In this document: in pieces, positions 51,601 to 60,287 of the stretch | Numbering within the stretch: position 1 is the stretch's first letter | Layout of the letters: every line of letters starts with the position of its first letter | NCBI GenBank assembly: GCA_021817245.1 | Contig: JAKAVQ010000001.1 | Location: forward strand, 212,265 to 276,264 | Source: Thermoplasmata archaeon | Lineage (GTDB): Archaea; Thermoplasmatota; Thermoplasmata; Lutacidiplasmatales; UBA184 | Length of the DNA stretch: 64,000 bases | Direction: 5' to 3' | Notes under the pieces: model-generated | Seen by the model: the letters and a program-made list of their open reading frames with translations, nothing else | What the model was told of the DNA's origin: nothing | Databases searched by the model: none | Program-made: the position numbers and the translations under genes

Positions 51601-53272
51601 CAAGGTCCTCCCGAAGAGCGTCGCGCTCTGGCGCCGCCTCGGAGAGCTCGGGGTGGCCCTGCAGGCCTGGGCCGACGCCGCGGGCGCGTTCGCGCACGCC
51701 CTCTCGATCGCTCCGGCGGAGCTCGAAGTGCTGCTGCGCGCCGGCTTCGTCGCCGAGCGGATGGGGCATCCGAACGAGGCGCTCGCGTTCTACGAGCGCG
51801 CGACGGAGGCCGATCCCGCGTCGAAGCAGGGCTGGACCAGCCGGGGGCTCGCGCTCCTCGCCACGTCCCGGCCCAATGACGCGACGCTCTCCTTCGACCG
51901 CGCGCTGGCGCTCGACTCGGACTACGCCCCCGCGAAGGACGGCAAGAAGGTCGCCTCCCAGAAGACCCGGGACGTCGAGATCCAGAAGCACGGCCGGGAG
52001 GCGCTTCTCCTCGAAGCCCGGCTGAACCGCACGGTCGCGAAGAACGATCTCTTCGTCACGCTCCACGTCCCGTACGAGTTCCTCGAGCCGGTGCTGAGCG
52101 CGATCGGACGGACGCCGAAGATCGACCTCGAGACGCTCGAGGCGGGGGAGGTCCGGGACCTCGAGAACGCCTCCTACCATCTCATCACGTCGGCCCTCGA
52201 GCGGCGTCCCCCCGGGATCGAACGCCGGGGGTTCACGCTCGCGGACGTGGCCGTCCTCGCCCCCCCCGCGTACGCCCTCGACCAGATCCAGCGGCTCTTC
52301 GGCTACCTGAAGGCGGTCCTCGAGGCCGACCTCCGCGCGGAGAACCTTTCGCTCACGCCCGACGTCGAGGAGCTCGCGCGCCAGGCGCTCGGGCTGCCGG
52401 CGGAGCAGCGCACCCTCTTCCAGATCGTGAAGAACCTGCGGGTCGGGATCTTCAAGGCCCGGCTCATCAAGGTCGTCGAGGCAGCGGGAAGCGCGGTCCA
52501 CGCGCCGCTGCCCTCGCTCGATCTCGGCGCCTACTCCCCCGAGTTCCGCAGGGCGGAAGGAGAGGAGGCCGCCTCCGACGGAGAGCGGTTTTTCGCCCCT
52601 GAAAACACCCCGGGGCCCTCCGCGATCGACGCCGTCCCGGCCGGGCACCCCGACTGGTCGGCCGAGCCGCTCCCGGCCGCCCACGTTCCCGAGGCCCTAG
52701 CGCCGTCGGGCCCGGCGGCGCCGGGGCCCGTCCCCGGAGGCTCGGCCCCGGCCCGGTGCGTCGGGTGCGGAGGGATCGCCTCCGTGGTCCACGTCTGTTC
52801 CGCTCCGCTCTGCCAGCACTGCATCGGCCAGTTCCCGAACTGCCCGAAGTGCGGGGAGCCGGTCTCCACCGACTCGACGCATCCGGTGGAGGGGGTGGTC
52901 GTCGTGCGAGCGGCCGCACCGCACTCGGCCGCGCATCCGACCGGTACGCTGAGCGGCTTGCGCGGGGTCTTCGGCCGGTCCAAGTCCGGCCCGTCGAAGG
53001 GCGAGGCGCCGACCGCCCACCCGACCGCGGGAAAGCAGGAGCACCCGCTGAAGCCGGCCCACACCCCGCCCGAGAAGTCGCATCCCTCCGCGGCGCCGGC
53101 CACCGCGCTGCCGGCGCCGAAGAGGGACACCCCCTCTCCGACGCCGGGCCACCCGCCGACCGCCAAGGAACCGAAGCCGGTTCCCGGAAAGCCGATCGCC
53201 GAACCGCCCCCGCCTCCACCCACCCCTCCGCGCCCTCGCCGGGAGAAGCGGGACGACGAGCCCCGTCTCTGA
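48671..53272 (+). CDS. giant TPR-repeat protein (1533 aa) with C-terminal Zn ribbon and Pro-rich tail
   Basis: Dozens of 34-residue TPR-like repeats (A/L/E/R-rich with a W/Y-x-x-A/G-x-A pattern); …CVGCGGIASVVHVCSAPLCQHCIGQFPNCPKCGEP…; final ~150 aa P/K/T-rich. Confidence 0.8.
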   Translation: MSTQGSAQDPNGDPVGGIHAHWHAVEEAESRPDRGRYLGALKGFLAFAEGHAAELANAAAEATPLLEEAAMAFSRAGQPDFARRAVDLGLSLTPGSASLLHQKALVLLAQNQDLPEVVRLTDQALEANPHDKGLWATRADALRLEGLTAEAVESYLKAQQLDAASTQYVDKALKIAPRDPRVLRTKLDLARALGGELPALAACEELLKERPDDLELLDARAELLAALGRTEEALEPLARVRAALPDDVRSNLLAVRLLVRLGRDEELLPIAKAIVEGVKAPDPAALGEIAHLTETKFPELALSAREHLKDLDPRNLQNLLDLRTLATRLDQPEIALAALRTVLSTQPDSLEAMRGIAEIELGQGHGEAALEAYRALAKAHPHAVSELRKGLDAARELGRPDLLLEFARAILGEDPADLAAQVALARTLASAGQLAEALRAYDALLAAHPGDLDYLLEKKDVVARADDPVALASVLDDLFRLDPTRTEVAVERGNLHLNLAYDRPEGSAERERDARTALVSYERASTDPQAAAIAGLGIARASRLIGDHERAIRAYESFLAPPSNQGRYDILKELGHALRETGRYSEAAEAYGRAISGGLEDPDLFWGAAEVLAQLNQDARALQLLDLLLRREPSNPLYLRRKGQLLLKAGRRADALAVLQQAVASAHGDPHAYFEVAEALRAQGAYADAVSYYRRGIGLDPKNRHGRLALAETLGLAGQYSEVVDLIDPLLTEDPNDIAAWRVRGDALRALGRPSEVLYSLRAILLLEPDNGPALLEMYRLHRDAKETKEAFETLSRLLASDAPEAQDATLQLERGDLAASLGLTEEANGSYERAAQIDPVYGVEIAIRRARLRLTAGRPDLALEVLDEGLKGHPEGAPPNLGALLLRAEILDALERPAESRAVYEEVRRREPKSPVALAGIARAMLAQGQHADAAEFLRASIPQVPPQESLYLLLAEAEGGLGHLDRATEAVREGTKVLPKSVALWRRLGELGVALQAWADAAGAFAHALSIAPAELEVLLRAGFVAERMGHPNEALAFYERATEADPASKQGWTSRGLALLATSRPNDATLSFDRALALDSDYAPAKDGKKVASQKTRDVEIQKHGREALLLEARLNRTVAKNDLFVTLHVPYEFLEPVLSAIGRTPKIDLETLEAGEVRDLENASYHLITSALERRPPGIERRGFTLADVAVLAPPAYALDQIQRLFGYLKAVLEADLRAENLSLTPDVEELARQALGLPAEQRTLFQIVKNLRVGIFKARLIKVVEAAGSAVHAPLPSLDLGAYSPEFRRAEGEEAASDGERFFAPENTPGPSAIDAVPAGHPDWSAEPLPAAHVPEALAPSGPAAPGPVPGGSAPARCVGCGGIASVVHVCSAPLCQHCIGQFPNCPKCGEPVSTDSTHPVEGVVVVRAAAPHSAAHPTGTLSGLRGVFGRSKSGPSKGEAPTAHPTAGKQEHPLKPAHTPPEKSHPSAAPATALPAPKRDTPSPTPGHPPTAKEPKPVPGKPIAEPPPPPPTPPRPRREKRDDEPRL

Positions 53273-53331
53273 AGGGACCGGGGGAACGAGCCCTCTTATA
53301 GTCGGCCCGGCCTTTTCGCGCCAGGTGGTCC

Positions 53332-53889
53332 ATGGCGAGCCCTTCGACCGGTCTTCGGCCGGTGCGCGACCGTTGGAGCGGCGCGGTGCTGACCGCGCTG
53401 TTCCTCGTCCTCGCGGTCCTCATCTTCGCGGCGCTGTACTTCGCCTTGCCGGCGCAGTCCCACTTCTACGCGTTGATCGCGATCGGAATCGTCTCCCTCC
53501 TCTTCGCGCTCGGATCCTACCTCGCGGAGGCCGCGTCGAAGCAGCCGACCGCCCAGCGGTCGCTCGCGTGGGGGTTCTTCGGTATGGGGTTCGCCGTGCT
53601 CCTGCTCACGGTCGGTCTCAGCACGACCTACGGGATCCTTGGCATCACGGCGGCGCTTGTCGGCCTCATCCTGATCGTCGTGGTCCTCTTCGTCACGGTC
53701 CTGCTGATCGCCTGGCGGGGCCGGGCCGTGCGCGCGACCGAGAACCAGCAGGTCGCCCGCGCGGCCTGGAGGGCGGAGTCCGCTCCGTCGGCGTTCTCCT
53801 ACGCGACCGCGAACTCGCCGAGCGTCCCCCAGACCGTGCCGGCGCCCCCGACCGGCGGTCCGGCGTCCCCGCCTCCCCGGAGTCCGTAA
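53332..53889 (+). CDS. integral membrane protein (4 TM helices) with Pro-rich C-terminal tail
   Basis: AVLTALFLVLAVLIFAALYFAL…, YALIAIGIVSLLFALGSYL…, LAWGFFGMGFAVLLLTVGL…, ITAALVGLILIVVVLFVTVLLIAW…. Stop is 1 nt before the next ATG. Confidence 0.65.
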   Translation: MASPSTGLRPVRDRWSGAVLTALFLVLAVLIFAALYFALPAQSHFYALIAIGIVSLLFALGSYLAEAASKQPTAQRSLAWGFFGMGFAVLLLTVGLSTTYGILGITAALVGLILIVVVLFVTVLLIAWRGRAVRATENQQVARAAWRAESAPSAFSYATANSPSVPQTVPAPPTGGPASPPPRSP

Positions 53890-53890
53890 G

Positions 53891-54592
53891 ATGGCGACCA
53901 ACGCAAATCCTGCGCCCGCACCGGTCCCGACCCCGACCGTCTGCCCAAAGTGCGGCACCCCGGCCCCCGCCGGGGTCCGCTTCTGCGGAGCGTGCGGTTC
54001 GTCGCTGACGGTCGTCTCGGGCAGCTCGACCGGGACGCTTCCGCCCGCGGCCGCTCCCCCGGTCGATCTCCGTCAGACGGTCGAGGCGAACCGGGGGTGG
54101 CTCAAGCGGCTCCAGCTGCTGATCCCCGGTTTCCGAGGCTACCGTCAGGGGGAGGATATCCGGGAGGCGGACGCCTTCCTGCGCCTCCAGGTCGCCGACA
54201 AGATCCGCAACGCACGCACGACCGTCGAGAACAGCCGCGCGGGCCTCGCGAACGCCGGCCAGTTCGGGGTCCTGAACGACCTGTCGCCGCTGATCGCGAA
54301 CCTCTGGCAGCTCGAAGGAGAGGTCCGCCATGCCGAGCAGGGGTATACGGGCATCTCGCCGGCGGTGCGCGTCAACCCCCAGCAGCTCGACCGCCTCTAC
54401 GAGTACGACTACGGGTTCGCGCAGGCGGCCGACCAGCTGAACACCACCGTCTCCTCGCTCCCCGAGTTGCTCCTGGGTGGGGACGCAACGAAGGCGCCCG
54501 GGGTGATCGCGGCGGCCCGCGGCGAGGTCAACCAGCTCGGCCAGGCGTTCAAGGCGCGTCTCCAGGTGATCGAGGGGATCCGCATCTCGTAG
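53891..54592 (+). CDS. N-terminal Zn-ribbon protein with helical C-terminal domain
   Basis: CPKCGTPAPAGVRFCGACGS (C-x2-C-x10-C-x2-C), a Pro/Ala linker, then a ~170-aa mostly helical domain. Confidence 0.6.
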   Translation: MATNANPAPAPVPTPTVCPKCGTPAPAGVRFCGACGSSLTVVSGSSTGTLPPAAAPPVDLRQTVEANRGWLKRLQLLIPGFRGYRQGEDIREADAFLRLQVADKIRNARTTVENSRAGLANAGQFGVLNDLSPLIANLWQLEGEVRHAEQGYTGISPAVRVNPQQLDRLYEYDYGFAQAADQLNTTVSSLPELLLGGDATKAPGVIAAARGEVNQLGQAFKARLQVIEGIRIS

Positions 54593-54619
54593 CGAGTACC
54601 GGCCGAACGGAGGAGAACG

Positions 54620-55780
54620 ATGGTCACGAACAACCCGATCCCGGCGAAGGGCGGCAGTCTCATCGGCGCGACGACGATCAACTGGGAGGACGTCTACAAG
54701 GGCAACAACGTCCTCTGGCGCGTTCCGCGGAACATCCGCTGGAACGACAACATCGTGGTCCGTGAGGACGAGACCGCGGTCTTCTACCGGGACGGAAAGG
54801 TCCTTGCGTACCTCGATAAGCCGGACCGGTACGCGCTCACCAGCATGAACACCCGCCTGGTCGGCGGGGTGATTCAGGCGCTCTCGGGGGTCCGCCAGGA
54901 GGCGGAGGTCTACTACCTCCAGCGCCGCATCTTCGACGGGAAGTTCGGCAGCGCCGAACCGTACGTCTTCCGCGACCCGGACTTCGGCCTCGTGAACCTG
55001 CGAGTCTTCGGCAGCTACCGCTGGCGCGTCGGCGCGCCGGACAACTTCATCAATCAGTTCGTCGGGACGTTCGGCGCCGTCTCGACGCCCGACGTCGAGG
55101 CGCGTCTGCGGGACCAGATGGTCCTTTTGATCTACAACACGCTCGGCAAGATGAAGGAGCAGGGGCTGCGGGTCACCGACCTCGCCGCCCAGGTGATGAC
55201 GATCGAGCAAGCCGTGCTCGGCTTCGCCCCCCAGCATTTCGGACCTCTCGGGGTCGAGATCAACCAGCTCCAGGGCCTTTCGATCAACCTGCCCGACGAG
55301 GTCACGAAGGCCGTCAACACCCGCTCGAAGATGGGGGTGCTCGGCGTGAACTACATGCAGTACCAGGCCGGCCAAGCGATGACCACCGCGGCCGCGAACC
55401 CCTCCGGAGGTGCCGGCGCGATGGCCGGCGCCGGTGTCGGGCTCGGAGCGGGCCTCGGGATCGGGTACGGCATGGTCGGCCAGATGCAGGGCGCCTACGC
55501 CGCCGGGCCGAGCCAGCCGTGCCGGAAGTGCGGGGCGATGGTCCCGGCCGGGACCCGGTTCTGCCCGAGCTGTGGCAACCCGATGACGGCGCCGCCTCCG
55601 GAGGCGGCCGGGCCCCCATGCCCGAAGTGCGGGCAACCGACCGCTCCGGGCGCGAAGTTCTGCCCGAGCTGCGGAGCGTCGCTCGCACCGGCTCCTCCCC
55701 GAAAGTGCCCGAAGTGCTCGGCGGACGTTCCGGCGGCGAGCAGGTTCTGCCCGAGCTGCGGCACCGCTATGGGGCCGTGA
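54620..55780 (+). CDS. SPFH/Band-7-like (Band_7_1, YdjI-type) protein with three C-terminal Zn ribbons
   Basis: N-terminus …WEDVYKGNNVLWRVPRNIRWNDNIVVREDETAVFYRDGKVLAYLDKPDRYALTSMNTRL…EVYYLQRRIFDGKFG… resembles the PF13421-type SPFH family. The C-terminus carries CRKCGAMVPAGTRFCPSCG, CPKCGQPTAPGAKFCPSCG and CPKCSADVPAASRFCPSCG. Confidence 0.7.
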   Translation: MVTNNPIPAKGGSLIGATTINWEDVYKGNNVLWRVPRNIRWNDNIVVREDETAVFYRDGKVLAYLDKPDRYALTSMNTRLVGGVIQALSGVRQEAEVYYLQRRIFDGKFGSAEPYVFRDPDFGLVNLRVFGSYRWRVGAPDNFINQFVGTFGAVSTPDVEARLRDQMVLLIYNTLGKMKEQGLRVTDLAAQVMTIEQAVLGFAPQHFGPLGVEINQLQGLSINLPDEVTKAVNTRSKMGVLGVNYMQYQAGQAMTTAAANPSGGAGAMAGAGVGLGAGLGIGYGMVGQMQGAYAAGPSQPCRKCGAMVPAGTRFCPSCGNPMTAPPPEAAGPPCPKCGQPTAPGAKFCPSCGASLAPAPPRKCPKCSADVPAASRFCPSCGTAMGP

Positions 55781-55835
55781 CCCCGACGGAGCGCACGGGC
55801 GGACCGACCACCCTCCCCCACCAAGGTAGAGACTG

Positions 55836-56813
55836 ATGTTCTGCGAGAAGTGCGGCACGCAACTGCCCGACGACGCACGCTTCTGCTCCAAGTGCGGCAC
55901 GCCGACCGGGGGAGGGGGCGCGTCCCCGACCGCGGCGTCCTCCGCCCCTTCGCCTCCCTCTCTCGCGCCTTCGGGAGCCCAGGAGCTGAAGTGCCCGAAT
56001 TGCGGTGCGCCGATCAAGCCGGTCCTCGGCGAGATGGTCATCACCTGCGACTACTGCGGTGGCTCGGTCACGCTCGGTGGCGCCGGATGGAAGGAGATTA
56101 ACAAACACACGATGCTGACGCTCAAGGTCGCGGACCGCGCGGCGGCCCTCGAAGTCGTCCGCGCGTACCTCGACCAGGGCTTCTTCCACCGCCACTTCTT
56201 CGAGGAGGCGAAGCTCGTCGAGGGGCGGCTCAGCTTCGTGCCGTTCTGGGTCCTGCCGGCGTCGGCGTCGACGACGTACCAGTACCAGGCCGTTGCGACG
56301 AGCGTCGGCGCGACGGTCGGCACGATCGCCGCGGGCGCCTTGCTCGGCAGCGCGCTCAGCGGCGGCCGCGGGGGCGGCGGGTTCGGTGTGATCCCGATCA
56401 TGGCCGGCCCGGTCGTGAACCCTACCCGCTCTGCCACGATCTCGGGACAGTACGAGTACCCGGTCGTCGCCGTCAAGGCGATGGATCAGTACCAGCCGAA
56501 GGACTACCGGTTCGCCCTCGGCGACCGGACGCTGTTCGACCGCAAGTCGATCCCGAGCGGCACCGCGGTCCTGAACGGAGATCTCGGCGAGGATGCCGCG
56601 CAGCACGCCGCGAAGGCGTACGTCCAGCAGATCCAGTCGGAGGAGGCGCATCACAAGCACAGCATGGTCTCGAACCTCCGGTGCGAGGTCGATGTCTCGG
56701 ACGGGGAGCTCCTCCACGTTCCGATCTGGTACTTCCGGTTCGAGCACAAGGATGCCCAGCCCGCGGTGATCGTGGACGGGAACGCCGGTCGGGTCATCCA
56801 GACGGTCACCTAG
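55836..56813 (+). CDS. double Zn-ribbon protein with C-terminal beta-rich domain (YdjG-like?)
   Basis: MFCEKCGTQLPDDARFCSKCG and CPNCGAPIK…CDYCGG, followed by a ~230-aa domain (…RLSFVPFWVLP…LLHVPIWYFRFEH…). Confidence 0.6.
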   Translation: MFCEKCGTQLPDDARFCSKCGTPTGGGGASPTAASSAPSPPSLAPSGAQELKCPNCGAPIKPVLGEMVITCDYCGGSVTLGGAGWKEINKHTMLTLKVADRAAALEVVRAYLDQGFFHRHFFEEAKLVEGRLSFVPFWVLPASASTTYQYQAVATSVGATVGTIAAGALLGSALSGGRGGGGFGVIPIMAGPVVNPTRSATISGQYEYPVVAVKAMDQYQPKDYRFALGDRTLFDRKSIPSGTAVLNGDLGEDAAQHAAKAYVQQIQSEEAHHKHSMVSNLRCEVDVSDGELLHVPIWYFRFEHKDAQPAVIVDGNAGRVIQTVT

Positions 56814-56903
56814 GCGCCCCTCGGACCGTGGGGAGCGCGTCCCCCCGGCCCGCCGCGCGGGGGAAGGTTTACGTATAGGTCCCTGACCTCGTTCTCAGAT
56901 AGG

Positions 56904-59900
56904 ATGGGCGCCGCGCCGGGGGAGGGATTCGCTCGTCAGTGGGCCGGGACGCGCGGACCGTTCGTGGTCCCCCTCATCATCGCGCTGCTCCTTCTGGCCC
57001 CGACCGGGGCTGCGGCCGTCGGCACCGGGCCTCACGGGACCGCGGTCCCCCTGCTCGGCTTCGCAGGCACCGACGGAACGGTGCGCCTCGCCGCTCGCGC
57101 CATCTCTCCGGCTGCGTTCGTGCCGAGCCCTTCCGGGATCCGAGGAGCAACGCTGCTATCGCCCGCGAGCGCCGGGGCGGTCCTCCGAACCCTCTTCCCC
57201 AACTACAACGCGACGCTTCCCGGCAACTTTTCCGGATCCGTCGCCGGTTGGCAGATCGGTACCCCAGCGTACGACCCCGTGACCGGCCTCTTGTGGCTCC
57301 CGAACCGGGCCGTCGCCGTAGGCTCCGCCCTCCCTCCCCCGGTCGCACCCGCGATCCTGTACAACGCGACCACGAACCAGTTCGAGGGATTCGTCCCCTC
57401 GCTGGAGAACACCTCCGCCTTTGCGTATGATCCAGCGAATGGGCGGATCTACTCGGCCGACTACGCGAACGGGACAGTCGGCGTGGTCGACCCATCAACG
57501 CGCGCGTGGATCCACCGAGCGATCCCCGTGGGGGTTCAGCCGGCAGCTCTCGCCCTGAACGGCACCACCGGACAGCTTTACGTGGCGAACAAGGGCTCCG
57601 ACAATATCACGATCATCGACACCGGCAACGAGTCCGTGGCCATCGGCGGAATCCCGCTGGGAGGAAGCCAGCCGTTCGCACTCGCGCTGGACGGTGTCGA
57701 TCGCCGCCTCTTCGTCGCGGATGCTGGTGACAAGACTGTTCAGACTATCGACACCAAGACCAACACAACTGGCCCTAGCATCCCTTTGTTCGCAAACCCG
57801 GGAGGTCTCGCATTCTCAGCGTCCACCGACACGCTCGGAGTGACGATGCCTTCACAGGCGTTACTCGTTCTCGCAGCCGGTAGCAACCTCGCGGTCAAGA
57901 CCGTTCCAGTGCAGACCGGGATGTCCCCTATCTTATCGAACGTGACTGGAACCTCGTTCATCGTCGGTAACCAAGCTGGCTCAGATCTACAAGTTGTCAA
58001 CCTCACCGCGGCACCCCCAGCAGTTGTGGGTTCTCCAATCTCCGTGGGCACCAACGTCACCCAGCTTACCGGGGGCCCTACTCGCAACTCCCTGTTCGCC
58101 TGGGCCACAGGTTCGAGGAACCTAAGCGTGGTTGACCTGAATACGAGCAGCGTCTTGGCGGTCTCGCCGACTCTCGGTCCCCTACCGGGGAGCGTGGCGT
58201 ACGACCCCACGACCAATCGACTGTTCGTGGCGGACCGCTCCGGTAGCTCCGTCATCGTCCTGAACGCGACGTCGGGCGCTGCATCCGCCCGCAACATCGG
58301 GTTCGGCTCCGAGGTGTTCTCGGTGGCCGTGGACCCCATCTCCAACCTCCTCTACGTCGGGACGATGGGCGCCGTCGATGCCCTCGATGCCCAGACGGGG
58401 TCGCTTGTGGCGAGCAACACCGGTCTCTCGGGCGTCAATGATCCGTTGCTCATCGACGCTGGGGATTCCGAGCTCTGGGTCGCGAACAACCAGACTTCCT
58501 TGGTGGCGCTTGATATCGGCAACCTCACCACGCGGTTCGCGGTCGCGGTACCGGTCCGCGGGACCGGCGAGGACACGATGGCGCTCGATCCGTCCCTGCA
58601 CGAGCTGTTCGTGATCAACGCGATCTCGGGCGCGTTGGACGTGATCGACACCGTTACCGGAGAGATTCTCACCTCAGGAGTTCCCGCGGGACCCGCCCCT
58701 TCGGCGCTGGCGTACGATTCGGCGGACGGGCTCCTCTACGTGCTCGGATCGAACCTCACCGCGATCGACCCAGTGACGCGTCAGATCGTGGCCTCGGACC
58801 TTCCCCTGCCGGCGCATTCGTTCTCCCTGAGCATCGCGTTCGATGCCTCCCGCTCCTTCCTCTACATCACGACCTCGGGGCCCGCACCCGCATACCCCTC
58901 CACCGTCACCGTCCTGGACGGTTCGTCCCTCACCGCCAGTTCGGTTTCGATGGTAACGATCCCCGTCGGACAGCTCGCATCGGACGTGGTGCCGGCGATG
59001 CTCTCGGGGTCGTCGACCTCGTCCTACGCCCCCATCTGGGTCACGAACTACGCCGCGGAGACCGTGAGCCTCATCACGAGTCCGCCCGCGATCACCTACT
59101 TCCGGGCATCTCCCGACCGGGTCGATGCGGGTCAGTCCGCTCAGTTCCTGCTCGGCATCTCGGGAGGGTCGGGCGCGGTGATGGTCTCCTACTCCGGACT
59201 CCCTCCGGGGTGCTCCTCTGCCAACACGGCCACGCTGAATTGCACCGCGCTCGCCGCGGGGAACTACACCGTGAGCGCGACCGTGACCGACAGCTACGGG
59301 CTCGCGGCGAGCGCGACCACAGCGCTCGTCGTGGGAATCGGACCCACCGCCCGTATCGGTTTCGGTCCCGGTAGTGGGCCCATCGTGGACGTGGGCACGA
59401 ACCTCTCGATGCTCGCGAACGTCACCGGGGGGACGAGCCCGTACAACGAGACCTGGTACTTCGGAGACAACAGCGTCGCGTACGGCCCGACCGTTGTTCA
59501 CCGGTACCTCGCACCCGGCTTCTACCTGGTGAACCTGACCGTGAAGGACGCCTCTCAGGTCGTCGTCGCGACCTCGGCCGGTGTCCAGGTCAACCCTCCG
59601 CCCGCGTGTGCGATCGCGGTCTCTCCGTCGAACCGCACGGACCTCGGCGTCCCGATCAGCTTGCGGGCGACCGTGGCAGGTGGCACTTCGCCGGGCACAT
59701 CGACTTGGGCCTTCGGAGACGGATCGAACGCGACCGGCCTCGCGGTCTCCCATGCATGGGTTCGGGCCGGTACCTACACCGTGGACTTCCGCTACGTCGA
59801 TGCGGTGGGCTCGGTGGCTACCGCCGTCCTCGGCATCACGGTCGGAGCTACCCTCAACGCGGTCTTTTCGATCCGCACCCCCGCTTCGGGCACCTCCTTC

Positions 59901-60287
59901 GATGCCGGCCAAGCCCTCGACTTCGTCGCGACGGTGACGGGCGGGGTCGCCCCCTACAACGTCTCCTGGTCGTTCGGCGACGGCTCGTTCGGTGGCGGCC
60001 TCTTTACGACCCACAGCTACGGGAACGCGGGCTCCTACTCCATCTCGGTCGTGCTCACCGACGCGGGAGGCGGGAGAGTCAATGCGACGCTCCCGCTCAG
60101 TGTCGGGGGAGTCGGGACCGGGACCGCTTCGCCGGACGCGCAGCTCTTCCTCGGCATCCTGATCGGCGGCGCCATCGCCGCGATCATCCTCTTCGTCACG
60201 GGCCGCCCGCGCCGGGGCCCGCCGCCCCCGCCGTCGCCGTACGTTCCGCCCGCCGGGATCGCCGAGCCTGAGTGGAAGGAGTCCTAG
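56904..60287 (+). CDS. cell-surface protein: signal peptide, YVTN-type beta-propeller repeats, PKD domains, C-terminal TM anchor
   Basis: FVVPLIIALLLLAPTGAAAV leader; repeated …G..P.(G/A)(L/I)A(Y/L)D…..LYV(A/T)N… ~40-aa units; PKD signatures WYFGDNSVAYGP, WAFGDGSNATG, WSFGDGSFGGG; LFLGILIGGAIAAIILFVTGRPRRG anchor. The minus ORF 58674..60362 is shadow. Confidence 0.85.
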   Translation: MGAAPGEGFARQWAGTRGPFVVPLIIALLLLAPTGAAAVGTGPHGTAVPLLGFAGTDGTVRLAARAISPAAFVPSPSGIRGATLLSPASAGAVLRTLFPNYNATLPGNFSGSVAGWQIGTPAYDPVTGLLWLPNRAVAVGSALPPPVAPAILYNATTNQFEGFVPSLENTSAFAYDPANGRIYSADYANGTVGVVDPSTRAWIHRAIPVGVQPAALALNGTTGQLYVANKGSDNITIIDTGNESVAIGGIPLGGSQPFALALDGVDRRLFVADAGDKTVQTIDTKTNTTGPSIPLFANPGGLAFSASTDTLGVTMPSQALLVLAAGSNLAVKTVPVQTGMSPILSNVTGTSFIVGNQAGSDLQVVNLTAAPPAVVGSPISVGTNVTQLTGGPTRNSLFAWATGSRNLSVVDLNTSSVLAVSPTLGPLPGSVAYDPTTNRLFVADRSGSSVIVLNATSGAASARNIGFGSEVFSVAVDPISNLLYVGTMGAVDALDAQTGSLVASNTGLSGVNDPLLIDAGDSELWVANNQTSLVALDIGNLTTRFAVAVPVRGTGEDTMALDPSLHELFVINAISGALDVIDTVTGEILTSGVPAGPAPSALAYDSADGLLYVLGSNLTAIDPVTRQIVASDLPLPAHSFSLSIAFDASRSFLYITTSGPAPAYPSTVTVLDGSSLTASSVSMVTIPVGQLASDVVPAMLSGSSTSSYAPIWVTNYAAETVSLITSPPAITYFRASPDRVDAGQSAQFLLGISGGSGAVMVSYSGLPPGCSSANTATLNCTALAAGNYTVSATVTDSYGLAASATTALVVGIGPTARIGFGPGSGPIVDVGTNLSMLANVTGGTSPYNETWYFGDNSVAYGPTVVHRYLAPGFYLVNLTVKDASQVVVATSAGVQVNPPPACAIAVSPSNRTDLGVPISLRATVAGGTSPGTSTWAFGDGSNATGLAVSHAWVRAGTYTVDFRYVDAVGSVATAVLGITVGATLNAVFSIRTPASGTSFDAGQALDFVATVTGGVAPYNVSWSFGDGSFGGGLFTTHSYGNAGSYSISVVLTDAGGGRVNATLPLSVGGVGTGTASPDAQLFLGILIGGAIAAIILFVTGRPRRGPPPPPSPYVPPAGIAEPEWKES

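Noticed and set aside
50951-52684. 577-aa minus ORF inside the TPR gene
   Set aside because: Arg/Glu/Gly-rich antisense shadow of a clearly repetitive TPR coding frame.
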